A stretch of DNA of 64,000 nt from an uncultured Bacteroidales bacterium. Lineage in GTDB: Bacteria > Bacteroidota > Bacteroidia > Bacteroidales > VadinHA17. Both the position numbers and the translations under genes were made by a program. Where the stretch lies: the NCBI GenBank assembly GCA_963757935.1, contig CAVWSZ010000005.1:138342-202341 (forward strand). The letters are read 5' to 3'. Positions 21,018 to 29,041 of this stretch are shown piece by piece (the first letter of the stretch is position 1; every line of letters begins with the position of its first letter). A model generated the notes under the pieces. That model saw nothing but the letters and a program-made list of their open reading frames with translations, was not told the DNA's origin and did not search any database.

Positions 21018-21110
21018 ATGCCAAGCGGAAAAAAGAGAAAGAGGCATAAGATGGCTACCCACAAACGCAAGAAGCGTTTGCGGAAAGACAGGCATAAGAA
21101 GAAGAAATAG
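21018..21110 (+). CDS. 30-aa highly basic peptide, probable ribosomal protein bS22
   Basis: ATG at 21018, TAG at 21108. It encodes MPSGKKRKRHKMATHKRKKRLRKDRHKKKK, which resembles mycobacterial bS22 (..KKRRKRMSKKKHRKLL..). It is not in the ORF track because it is under 60 aa. Confidence 0.5.
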   Translation: MPSGKKRKRHKMATHKRKKRLRKDRHKKKK

Positions 21111-21138
21111 CAGTAATGCATAGTCTGAACATCTGAAT

Positions 21139-21170
21139 CTAACCTAAAGTCCTGGGAGTCTTTAGGTTAG
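21139..21170 (+). promoter_or_regulatory. 11-bp perfect hairpin between the HU/bS22 genes and RNase E/G (terminator or 5'-UTR element)
   Basis: ctaacctaaag (21139-21149) pairs with ctttaggttag (21160-21170) across a 10-nt loop. Only a weak T-tract follows. Confidence 0.4.
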
Positions 21171-21216
21171 TTGCATTTTAGACAGGCTTTAGCCAAAATA
21201 TTTTAAATTCCGGAAT

Positions 21217-22773
21217 GTGAGTAAGGATTTAATAATCAGTGTAAGTGATTCTGAGATATCTATAGCGTTACTTGAAGAGAAGCAGCTTGTTGAACTGAAT
21301 AAGGAAAAGCGCAACGTCCAGTTTTCGGTAGGTGATATTTATCTTGGAAAGGTAAAGAAGATAATGCCGGGATTGAACGCAGCGTTCATTAATGTTGGAT
21401 TTGAAAAAGATGCCTTTCTTCACTACCTGGATCTCGGTGCACAGTTTAAGACTCTCCACCGTTATTACAGCCTGGCAACTCAGAACAAGGGCAAGCTGAC
21501 TCCGGTTTCGAAGTTTAAACCGGAACCTGACATAGACAAGGATGGAAAAATTTCCGACGTACTGACCACCGGTCAGACTGTAATAGTACAGATAACCAAG
21601 GAACCCATCTCTACAAAGGGGCCCAGGCTGGCCTCGGAAGTGTCCATCGCCGGGCGCAACCTTGTTTTGATGCCTTTTTCCGATAAGGTCTCTGTCTCTT
21701 CGAAGATCGAGAACGCCGATGAACGGAACCGGTTGAAACTCCTCATTCAGAGCATCAAGCCGAAGAACTACGGAGTGATTGTCCGGACAGTGGCAGAAGG
21801 AAAAAAGGTTGCGGTGCTTGACGTGGAGCTCAAGGAACTTGTAAGCAGGTGGGAGACAGCGCTCCTAACCATCCATAAGGAGACCAAGACACCGAAACTG
21901 CTGGTAGGAGAGAGGAACCGTACAACCACCATCCTGAGGGATATACTTAATCCTGACTTCAGCAATATTGTTACCGATGACGAGGTGATGGCTGACGACC
22001 TCCGCAGTTATCTGAGGGAGATTGCACCGGATAAGGAAAAGATTGTAAAAGTATACAAGGATCAGATTCCAATTTTTGATCACTTCGGTGTCAGCAGGCA
22101 GATCAAAGGTTTGTTTGGCCGCACTATTTCGTTCAAGGGAGGATCATACCTTATTATCGAGCATACTGAAGCGCTGCATGTGGTCGATGTGAACAGCGGT
22201 AACAGGTCGAAGACGGGAAATGACCAGGAAGCCAATGCGCTTTCGGTAAACATGGAGGCTGCCCGTGAAATAGCACGGCAGCTGCGTCTCAGGGATATGG
22301 GCGGGATCATAGTTATCGACTTCATTGACCTGCAGTCGAATGAGAACAGGCAGATCCTGTTTGAAAAGATGAAAGACCTGATGGCTGAAGACAGGGCTAA
22401 GCACAACATACTGCCTCTCAGTAAGTTCGGACTTATGCAAATCACCCGGCAGCGAGTCAGGCCGGAGATGAGTATCAGTACTGACGAAAAGTGCCCGGTA
22501 TGCCGCGGTGAAGGCAAGATCGGTCCCACTGTACTCCTTACCGATGACATTGAACGTCAGCTGGTGCAGATACTCGAACGGGTAAAGACCCGTAAGCTCC
22601 TTTTAATGGTTCACCCATTCGTAGCTGCCTACCTCAACGAGGGATTCTTCTCGCTAATAGGCAAAATCGACAAAAAATACAAGGTAAGCATCAAGGTGAG
22701 AGGAAGCCTTTCCTATCACTTCCTTGAATTCCGCTTCTTTGACAGACAGGGAAACGAGATCGACCTGTCATGA
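21217..22773 (+). CDS. rng: Rne/Rng-family ribonuclease (RNase G-like)
   Basis: 518 aa with a GTG start. S1 domain: GDIYLGKVKKIMPGLNAAFINVG. Catalytic core: HVVDVNSG, GGIIVIDFID, LSKFGLMQITRQR. Zn-link: CPVCRGEG. Confidence 0.9.
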   Translation: MSKDLIISVSDSEISIALLEEKQLVELNKEKRNVQFSVGDIYLGKVKKIMPGLNAAFINVGFEKDAFLHYLDLGAQFKTLHRYYSLATQNKGKLTPVSKFKPEPDIDKDGKISDVLTTGQTVIVQITKEPISTKGPRLASEVSIAGRNLVLMPFSDKVSVSSKIENADERNRLKLLIQSIKPKNYGVIVRTVAEGKKVAVLDVELKELVSRWETALLTIHKETKTPKLLVGERNRTTTILRDILNPDFSNIVTDDEVMADDLRSYLREIAPDKEKIVKVYKDQIPIFDHFGVSRQIKGLFGRTISFKGGSYLIIEHTEALHVVDVNSGNRSKTGNDQEANALSVNMEAAREIARQLRLRDMGGIIVIDFIDLQSNENRQILFEKMKDLMAEDRAKHNILPLSKFGLMQITRQRVRPEMSISTDEKCPVCRGEGKIGPTVLLTDDIERQLVQILERVKTRKLLLMVHPFVAAYLNEGFFSLIGKIDKKYKVSIKVRGSLSYHFLEFRFFDRQGNEIDLS

Positions 22774-22783
22774 AATAAAAAAA

Positions 22784-22813
22784 AGCCCCGGCAGTTCGAC
22801 GGGGCTTTTTTTT
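22784..22813. terminator. Bidirectional intrinsic terminator between convergent genes
   Basis: The stem agccccg (22784-22790) / cggggct (22800-22806) has an A-run before it and a T-run after it. Confidence 0.8.
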
Positions 22814-23592
22814 AAAGGTTGATGACCTTTCCTGATCCTGTACGACTGACGCTTACATCAGGATCACCGTAAAGATATATGTTTCCGCTGCCGCTGAGTA
22901 CCGCATCAAGGGACTGTAATACCGTAGTATACACTGATCCTGACCCGGAGATTGTAACATTTGCATCATCGGTAACCAGGTTTTCAGCGAAGAGAATTCC
23001 CGATCCCGAAAGAACGTACCTTGCAGTGAGAGTGTTGCCCCTCGTCTCCAGGTTCCCTGAACCTGACATTGTGACTTTCACGTCATCAGTTTCAATTGCT
23101 CCGGTCTTCAGTTCACCCGACCCGGAAATTATAAGGTTTGAGGTGGTGCTGGAGACAGATCCTGTTACAATATCGCCTGATCCGCTGACTATTATACGTA
23201 CCTCTTCACCCTCCAGCGGTCCGGCAATTATATCGCCTGACCCGGCATTAACCAGCTCGTCTACGAAGGGCGACGTGACAACAATAACCGGTTTTACAGT
23301 ATAATCAATGCACCGCGTTCCCCTGGTTGTCCTTACTTCGAGCGATCCGCTGTGAACGTCGGTCTCAATGTAGGGAATGATATTGCTCTCAGCTTCCACC
23401 GTCACTGAAACAACATTACTGCGCCTGTAGATCACCTCAAAGGATGTCTCGTTGGAGACTGAAGTGAAAGTGGACACAGTCCTCTCCTCAGTGATTGTAT
23501 TACCGTTACCGTCTACGCAGTTGCCGATCATTATGCAGGATGAGGCTATAGCCTGTCAATATTGCCAGAATTATTAAAACATGTGTTTTCAT
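22812..23592 (-). pseudogene. DUF2807 / head-GIN-domain lipoprotein, frame-shifted inside the signal peptide
   Basis: The body ORF 22812..23531 has repeated SGSG[DENS][IL] beta-strand units. Upstream, ATG 23592 encodes MKTHVLIILAIL in another frame. The body frame upstream reads QAIASSC (lipobox) just after a stop. Confidence 0.7.
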
Positions 23593-23659
23593 AAAAGTCT
23601 TTTTAGTTACACAATAAAAGACAACTGACATGCCTTTGAGTTGCATCAGGAAAGAGAAA

Positions 23660-24751
23660 TTATTTCTGAAAAACGCGAATTTCTCCCTTTACCGCCTCGA
23701 TTCTTATGCGCGCCCTCTCAGGTGATGAGCCTGTTTTTCCGGTTGTGAGATAAACCTTGTTCTCGGCACTGATTTCAGTCTTTTCGGGCTCCGGTGAGAC
23801 ACCCGGGAGGGAGACAAAAGCATTTGTATGCCGTATCTCAAGGCTGTACGAAGCCCTGGCATCCATTGACAGGTCAACATCGGCATATGACGAGTTGATA
23901 TCTATTAATGAAAAGTCCGCTGTAACTTCCTCAAAAGAAATATTGCCGTACTTTGTCACAAGGCTTACCTCTCCGGTTAGCTTTTCTGCGCTGATATCCG
24001 AGAAATATGTAGTACCTTTTACGGTAGCTGCTGTTCCGATATTGAAAACATCACGCTTCGAATCCATATCTATTGTGACGGCATTCTCAATCCGCAACTT
24101 TGATGATCTTGCAGTAACAGAAACATTCCCGGCCTTTTTTACCCTGAGCTCACCGAAGGAAACCGAGATCCTGCCTTTGTCAACTGACCCGATGTCAGCC
24201 TTGCAGAATGTCATATCGAGCGAGACGGCATTTTTTATTACGTCTGCATCAAATGATCCGTTCGAGAGAGTCATTGTCAGTTCTTCCGTCACCTCACCTA
24301 TATACACGTCGCCGTAGCTGTTCGACACTCTGAGTAGCGTGGAAGCGGGGCATTCGATGAAGTAATCGACCTGAATCCTCGAATCATAGTTAATTATGTT
24401 TTTGGTCAGTCCCTTAAAAGTTTCCAGAACCGTATTCACACTTTTGCCGAAGACTGTCTGCGCACGGACGGTCTGATTTGTCATTGTCATACTTATTTCG
24501 ACATCACTCATCATTCCCTCGAGCTTTGATTCATTTCCCGAAGATGCTGTCACCTCGACCCTGATTGAGATTGAATCATTTCCGGCATGGGTGATATGTA
24601 TGTTTCCGTACTTGTTGGATACGTCGAGAGTAGGAGTGTCTCCAACCCTGAACGATTTTATATAGGTCCTGCTGCTTGTAGTCTGCTGACCGCTCACCGT
24701 CAATATGCTGCACAACAGCAGCGCTGCCGTCATATATAATTTATAATTCAT
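23660..24751 (-). CDS. DUF4097-like beta-strand-repeat (putative adhesin) protein
   Basis: The start at 24751 gives signal MNYKLYMTAALLLCSILTVSGQ. Repetitive beta-strand units follow (YGNIHITH, YGDVYIGE, YGNISFEE). It lies downstream of a sigma/anti-sigma pair. Confidence 0.68.
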   Translation of the reverse strand: MNYKLYMTAALLLCSILTVSGQQTTSSRTYIKSFRVGDTPTLDVSNKYGNIHITHAGNDSISIRVEVTASSGNESKLEGMMSDVEISMTMTNQTVRAQTVFGKSVNTVLETFKGLTKNIINYDSRIQVDYFIECPASTLLRVSNSYGDVYIGEVTEELTMTLSNGSFDADVIKNAVSLDMTFCKADIGSVDKGRISVSFGELRVKKAGNVSVTARSSKLRIENAVTIDMDSKRDVFNIGTAATVKGTTYFSDISAEKLTGEVSLVTKYGNISFEEVTADFSLIDINSSYADVDLSMDARASYSLEIRHTNAFVSLPGVSPEPEKTEISAENKVYLTTGKTGSSPERARIRIEAVKGEIRVFQK

Positions 24752-25265
24752 ATTCCCCGTTTTTTTCAGTGTCAGGATTTTTCTCATTCATTAAGCTGAG
24801 CATGTCTTCGAGAAGCTCGATCCTCAGCCTGTAGTTCCGGATAAGTGCTTCGATCACTTCTCCGGTGGCAACGTTATCTTTCAGGTCTTCCCTGATGCTC
24901 ATCGAGATTGTATCGAGTTCACTCATCCCTGCCTCCAGTTCGGTTCTGATGACGGGATTAGCTGTCAGCAGGGGTTCCGCTTCGCTGTAAAGGGAGGCCA
25001 GCAGGCTGTTGTAGTACTGTTCAGTCTCCCTGACAATGCTCTGTGCGGAATTTTCCCGGGTACCTGGCGTGCCTGTCATTCTCAGGATGAGGGTCAGTGA
25101 AACCACTGCAACTATGACCGCGGCTGCTGCCTTCCACATATGCTGTACCGGAGTCCTGTGTTTACGGGGAAGCTGTGTCTCTATCCTGTTCCATACCGAG
25201 GGCTCAGGCTCGTGAATATCCATCGCCTCCCTTTTGTCTCTTATGTGTTTCTCAAGCTCATCCAT
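24741..25265 (-). CDS. Single-pass membrane anti-sigma-factor-like protein
   Basis: 174 aa. It overlaps the sigma gene stop by 8 nt and has a central TM helix (AAAAVIVAVVSLTLIL). Confidence 0.6.
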   Translation of the reverse strand: MDELEKHIRDKREAMDIHEPEPSVWNRIETQLPRKHRTPVQHMWKAAAAVIVAVVSLTLILRMTGTPGTRENSAQSIVRETEQYYNSLLASLYSEAEPLLTANPVIRTELEAGMSELDTISMSIREDLKDNVATGEVIEALIRNYRLRIELLEDMLSLMNEKNPDTEKNGEYEL

Positions 25266-25812
25266 CTCTCTGAATTGTTAGAAGTATCTTTCTGAGTTTA
25301 TCTTTTGCCCTGAGGTACTGTGTCTTTGATGTCGACTCCGAGATATTCATTATCTGGGAAATCTCTGCATGGTCATATCCCTCAAGGAGGTAAAGGCTTA
25401 ATACGACCCTGTAGCCGTCGGGCAGTTTTTCCACAGCCCTGGCGATTGTGGCAGGGTCAGGCCACACAGACTGAGGGGGTTCCTCTTCAGGCTTTTCGAA
25501 TACTTTGTAGTCGTCAATATAGAGCAGGTCAGCTTCCTTTTTGCGTAACCTGTTTATACTTTTATTAACCACAATGGTCTTCAGCCATGCACCGAAAGTG
25601 GAATCAGACCTGAATGTGCCGATGTTCCTGAAACAGTCGGTGAATGCCTCCTGGAGTACATCCTCAGCCTCTTCCCTGTTGTTCACGATGCGGTAAGCAG
25701 CATTGAACATGGCTTTTGAATATAGTTCATAAATCCTGAACTGGGCTTTTCTGCTGCCCCTCCGGCACTCACCAATGAGTGAGTCGTGAATATGAAGATC
25801 CGGGTTGCTCAA
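25258..25812 (-). CDS. ECF-type RNA polymerase sigma-70 factor
   Basis: Region 2: EAEDVLQEAFTDCF, FGAWLKTIVVNKSIN. Region 4: LPDGYRVVLSLYLLEGYDHAEISQIMNISESTSKTQYLRAKDKL. Confidence 0.9.
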   Translation of the reverse strand: MSNPDLHIHDSLIGECRRGSRKAQFRIYELYSKAMFNAAYRIVNNREEAEDVLQEAFTDCFRNIGTFRSDSTFGAWLKTIVVNKSINRLRKKEADLLYIDDYKVFEKPEEEPPQSVWPDPATIARAVEKLPDGYRVVLSLYLLEGYDHAEISQIMNISESTSKTQYLRAKDKLRKILLTIQRDG

Positions 25813-25845
25813 ATCTCAGTTCAATATCTAAAACAGACAACAAAA

Positions 25846-26757
25846 TTATGCAGAGGTTGCATGACCTTTTCTAAAGGCTTGATTTTTATTATTTTTATTT
25901 CCGGCGCGTGTGATAATATAGACTCCGGCAAGGATCACAGAGATTGAAATGATCATAGACAATCTGACGGACTCGTGCAGGAAGAATCCCCAGCCGGTGG
26001 AAACAACAGGACTGAGATATGTGACAGAGACTGCATACATCGGCGATTTGTGTACGATGAGATAGGAATAAAGGCTGTTGGCCAGGAAGGTCCCTGCCAC
26101 AGCCAGCAGTACAATGCCGGCAAGGTTGATCTGCCATCCTTCGGTCCTGAATGACGACGGCAGGTCTGAGAATGCCAGTACGAGGGCCGCAATGGGTCCG
26201 ATAAAAAAGAATGCAAGTGACATTATTCCGAACCCGCTTATGCCTTTCAGCGTTCCTATTTCGTTTGCACTGATTCCGTAAAGCAGGGTGGCGAGGATCA
26301 CGAAGAGGCCGTAGAAATTAAATGTTAAAGAACCCTGGTAGAGCAGCCCGAGTGCTCCCAGCAGCCCGAGTGCAACCCCTGCAGTCTGCAGCGGCTTTAT
26401 TTTGCGCGAGTAAAAGAGTGCACCCACTATCAGTGTAAAAACCGGCGAGAGGGAATTCAGCATACCGGCAAGGGAACTTTCGATACGGGTCTGGGCAATC
26501 GGGAACAGAAAATTGGGGATGGCGTTACCCAGCACTCCGATAATGAGGAAGCTTTTAATATTCTTCCCGGTAATATATTTCAGGTTTCTGACTGCAATGG
26601 GAAGGAAGCAGAGCCAGGTAAAAAATATCCTGAACCCTGCTACCTGAATGGGGGTAAAGGATTCAAGTGCTTCGCGCATGAGAAAATAAGATGAGCCCCA
26701 GGTGAGTGCAAGGAGTATCAGAATTGATGCGTAAAGTGTTTCTCCGGATCTTTTCAT
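25846..26757 (-). CDS. DMT-superfamily (EamA-type) transporter
   Basis: 303 aa with about 10 TM helices in two EamA-like halves. Confidence 0.82.
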   Translation of the reverse strand: MKRSGETLYASILILLALTWGSSYFLMREALESFTPIQVAGFRIFFTWLCFLPIAVRNLKYITGKNIKSFLIIGVLGNAIPNFLFPIAQTRIESSLAGMLNSLSPVFTLIVGALFYSRKIKPLQTAGVALGLLGALGLLYQGSLTFNFYGLFVILATLLYGISANEIGTLKGISGFGIMSLAFFFIGPIAALVLAFSDLPSSFRTEGWQINLAGIVLLAVAGTFLANSLYSYLIVHKSPMYAVSVTYLSPVVSTGWGFFLHESVRLSMIISISVILAGVYIITRAGNKNNKNQAFRKGHATSA

Positions 26758-26785
26758 ATGTGCAGGCCAAAAATATATAATTTAT

Positions 26786-26793
26786 TATATTTG
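26786..26793 (+). promoter_or_regulatory. Bacteroidota -7 promoter box
   Basis: TATATTTG lies 24 nt upstream of the ATG at 26817. Confidence 0.45.
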
Positions 26794-26816
26794 CCCACTT
26801 TAAGGGGAGTAAGTAT

Positions 26817-27464
26817 ATGTTTCCGGCATTGTTGCTGTTTTTTAAGAGTTTCATAATGGGTCTGAGTGTTTCGGCACCTCCGGGGCCCAATGCGATGCTT
26901 ATGATCAACCGCACCCTTCGCAAGGGACATTTTTCCGGATTCATGACAGGTATGGGGGTTGCGGCTGCTGACACAATTTTTGCCATCATTGCGGGACTCG
27001 GTTTTTCTTTCATTATTGGCTTTATCAATGAAGAGGCTTTCTGGATTAAGCTTGTGGCAGGTCTGCTTGTGGCATCGATAGGGCTGAAGCTCTTCTTCTC
27101 CAATCCGGTTGGGGATATCCGCAGGAGAATGCGTGAGGACACACAGGGCACGCCGGCCCAGGATTTCTTTTCGGTATTCGGCCTTGCGCTGACCAATCCC
27201 TTTTCGATATTCATATTTCTTGCAATGTTTCCGGGGATGAATGTGAGTTTCACTGGTCCCTGGTACCTGATCCCCCTGATAATTGTCACGGGCATCTTCA
27301 CAGGTGCATCGGCGTGGTGGCTTGCATTCAGTTACACTGTAAGCCGTTTCAGCCGCACCATGAGACTGAGGAATGTTGTTGTTCTCACTCGTTTCACAGG
27401 TGCTTTCATCATTATCATCGGTATAATGGTACTGTTAACTCTTTTCATCTCTGTCAGATACTGA
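26817..27464 (+). CDS. LysE/RhtB-family amino-acid exporter
   Basis: 215 aa: FIMGLSVSAPPGPNAMLMINRTL, then 5-6 TM helices. Confidence 0.82.
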   Translation: MFPALLLFFKSFIMGLSVSAPPGPNAMLMINRTLRKGHFSGFMTGMGVAAADTIFAIIAGLGFSFIIGFINEEAFWIKLVAGLLVASIGLKLFFSNPVGDIRRRMREDTQGTPAQDFFSVFGLALTNPFSIFIFLAMFPGMNVSFTGPWYLIPLIIVTGIFTGASAWWLAFSYTVSRFSRTMRLRNVVVLTRFTGAFIIIIGIMVLLTLFISVRY

Positions 27465-27585
27465 TTTGCTCTTTCTGAAGGGAGGCTGTATTAAATCGCA
27501 GTTTTTTCTTGTTTTCACAACTTAAAAATGTTAATTTTACTGTGCTTTTACTGTCCAAAAGCAATTTTTCATTCTTTTCATGGCT

Positions 27586-27618
27586 GCCCCGATCCGCCAG
27601 ATGGCGGACGGGGCTTTT
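27586..27618 (+). terminator. Strong intrinsic terminator 120 nt downstream of the LysE-family gene
   Basis: 12-bp stem gccccg(a)tccgcc / ggcggacggggc with loop AGAT, followed by TTTT. Confidence 0.7.
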
Positions 27619-27700
27619 GCTATCATTTAACCTCCGCACTGTCTGTCTGCTGCTCTACGCCAGCTGGCGGATCGCTCCCCCCTTCGGGGTTCAGCGCTGC

Positions 27701-27751
27701 TCCCTGCTCCCATGCTCCATGCTCCATGCTCCATGCCCCATGCTCCGATGC
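27701..27751. repeat. Imperfect tandem heptanucleotide tract (TCCATGC)n, about 7 units with 3 exact
   Basis: Units read tccctgc tcccatgc tccatgc tccatgc tccatgc cccatgc tccgatgc. The exact copies span 27716-27736. The tract is intergenic, about 90 nt upstream of the ATG at 27842. Confidence 0.85.
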
Positions 27752-27841
27752 TTCTTAACTTTTTTTAAGTTTATATTGCCCCTGCAGTCATAACACCCGT
27801 CACTCAATCAGTTATCTTTACAATTGCTAAAACCTTATTAA

Positions 27842-29041
27842 ATGAAAATGTTGCTTATGCTGCTGACCGTTGCATCACTTGCTGCCGGGTGTCTCAGCGA
27901 CGAAGAGAAGATTGACCGCAAGGCTGACAAACTTCACATGAATATGCTGACCGTTGATACACACTGTGATACTCCCATGAGGCTCACCCGTAACGGGTTC
28001 GATCTTGGAGTGCGCAACGACAAAGGTTGCGTAGACTTTCCAAGGATGAAGGAAGGCGGTCTGGATGCGGAGTTTTTTGCAATCTTCATCGGACAGGGAC
28101 CCAGAACACCAGAGGCTTTCGCTATCGAACACCAGAATACACTGGCAACATTTGATTCCATCCTCAAAAGTGTTGAACGTTATCCGCAGATGGCCGGCCT
28201 GGCCCTTACCCCTGCAGATGCCTCACGACTGAAGGCTGAAGGCAGGATAGCAGCGTTCATCGGAATTGAGAACGGTTACCCGATAGGACTTGACATTACA
28301 AAAGTGAAACAGTACTATGACCTGGGCGCCAGGTACATAACACTCTGCCATTCGGCAAACAATGACATATGCGATTCCTCCACTGACCCTGCCGGCCCCG
28401 AACATCAGGGTCTCTCTGCCTTCGGTGAGGAGGTTGTCAGGGAGATGAACAGATTAGGAATGATGATTGATGTATCGCACATCTCCGACCAGTCTTTCTA
28501 CGATGTCCTCGCGATCACCAAATCACCTGTCATAGCATCTCATTCGTCGTGCCGGGCTCTTTGTGAGAGTCCGCGCAACCTGAATGATGACATGTTACTG
28601 GCACTTAAGAAAAACGGTGGTGTGATACAGATATGCATCCTCAGTGACTACCTGAAACAGCCTGAGCCCAATCCTGAGTTCGATGAAAAGGTAAAGGAGC
28701 TGCGCGAGAAATGGAAGGCTATGGGAGAACTTACTGAAGCACAGCAGGAGCAGCGCTGGAGCGAGTTTTCAGCCCTCAGGGAGAAGTACACCAAACTGGC
28801 CACTGTGGCTGACGCTGTCAACCATATTCAGCATGTTGTAGACGTAATAGGGGTGGACTATGTTGGTATCGGCTCGGACTTTGACGGAGGAGGCGGCATC
28901 GACGGATGTACTGACGTTTCAATGATGAAGAATATCACGAAAGAGCTTATCCGCAGAGGTTACAGCAACGAAGACATAGCGAAGATCTGGGGAGGCAACG
29001 TGATGAGGGTCATGACAGCTGCCGGATCGGCTACCCCTTGA
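27842..29041 (+). CDS. Membrane dipeptidase (peptidase family M19), lipoprotein
   Basis: Lipobox LAAGC. Motifs: VDTHCDTP, ITLCHSANNDICDS, MIDVSHIS, ASHSS, VGIGSDFDGGGG. Confidence 0.9.
   Translation: MKMLLMLLTVASLAAGCLSDEEKIDRKADKLHMNMLTVDTHCDTPMRLTRNGFDLGVRNDKGCVDFPRMKEGGLDAEFFAIFIGQGPRTPEAFAIEHQNTLATFDSILKSVERYPQMAGLALTPADASRLKAEGRIAAFIGIENGYPIGLDITKVKQYYDLGARYITLCHSANNDICDSSTDPAGPEHQGLSAFGEEVVREMNRLGMMIDVSHISDQSFYDVLAITKSPVIASHSSCRALCESPRNLNDDMLLALKKNGGVIQICILSDYLKQPEPNPEFDEKVKELREKWKAMGELTEAQQEQRWSEFSALREKYTKLATVADAVNHIQHVVDVIGVDYVGIGSDFDGGGGIDGCTDVSMMKNITKELIRRGYSNEDIAKIWGGNVMRVMTAAGSATP

Noticed and set aside
20709-21095. 128-aa minus-strand ORF covering the HU and bS22-like genes
   Set aside because: It is the antisense translation of two Lys-rich genes and gives a Phe/Leu-rich artefact. 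The plus-strand HU signature is unambiguous.
26663-27301. 212-aa minus-strand ORF
   Set aside because: It is antisense to the LysE-family gene and overlaps the EamA gene end. I recognise no motifs.
27701-27751. Possible CRISPR array
   Set aside because: The units are 7-8 nt with no spacers, and there are no cas genes in the window. This is a microsatellite-type tract.
27528-27758. 76-aa Cys/Pro-rich ORF in the long intergenic region
   Set aside because: It reads straight through a 12-bp terminator hairpin and the heptamer tract, so its composition is dictated by the repeats. It has no promoter box or family resemblance.
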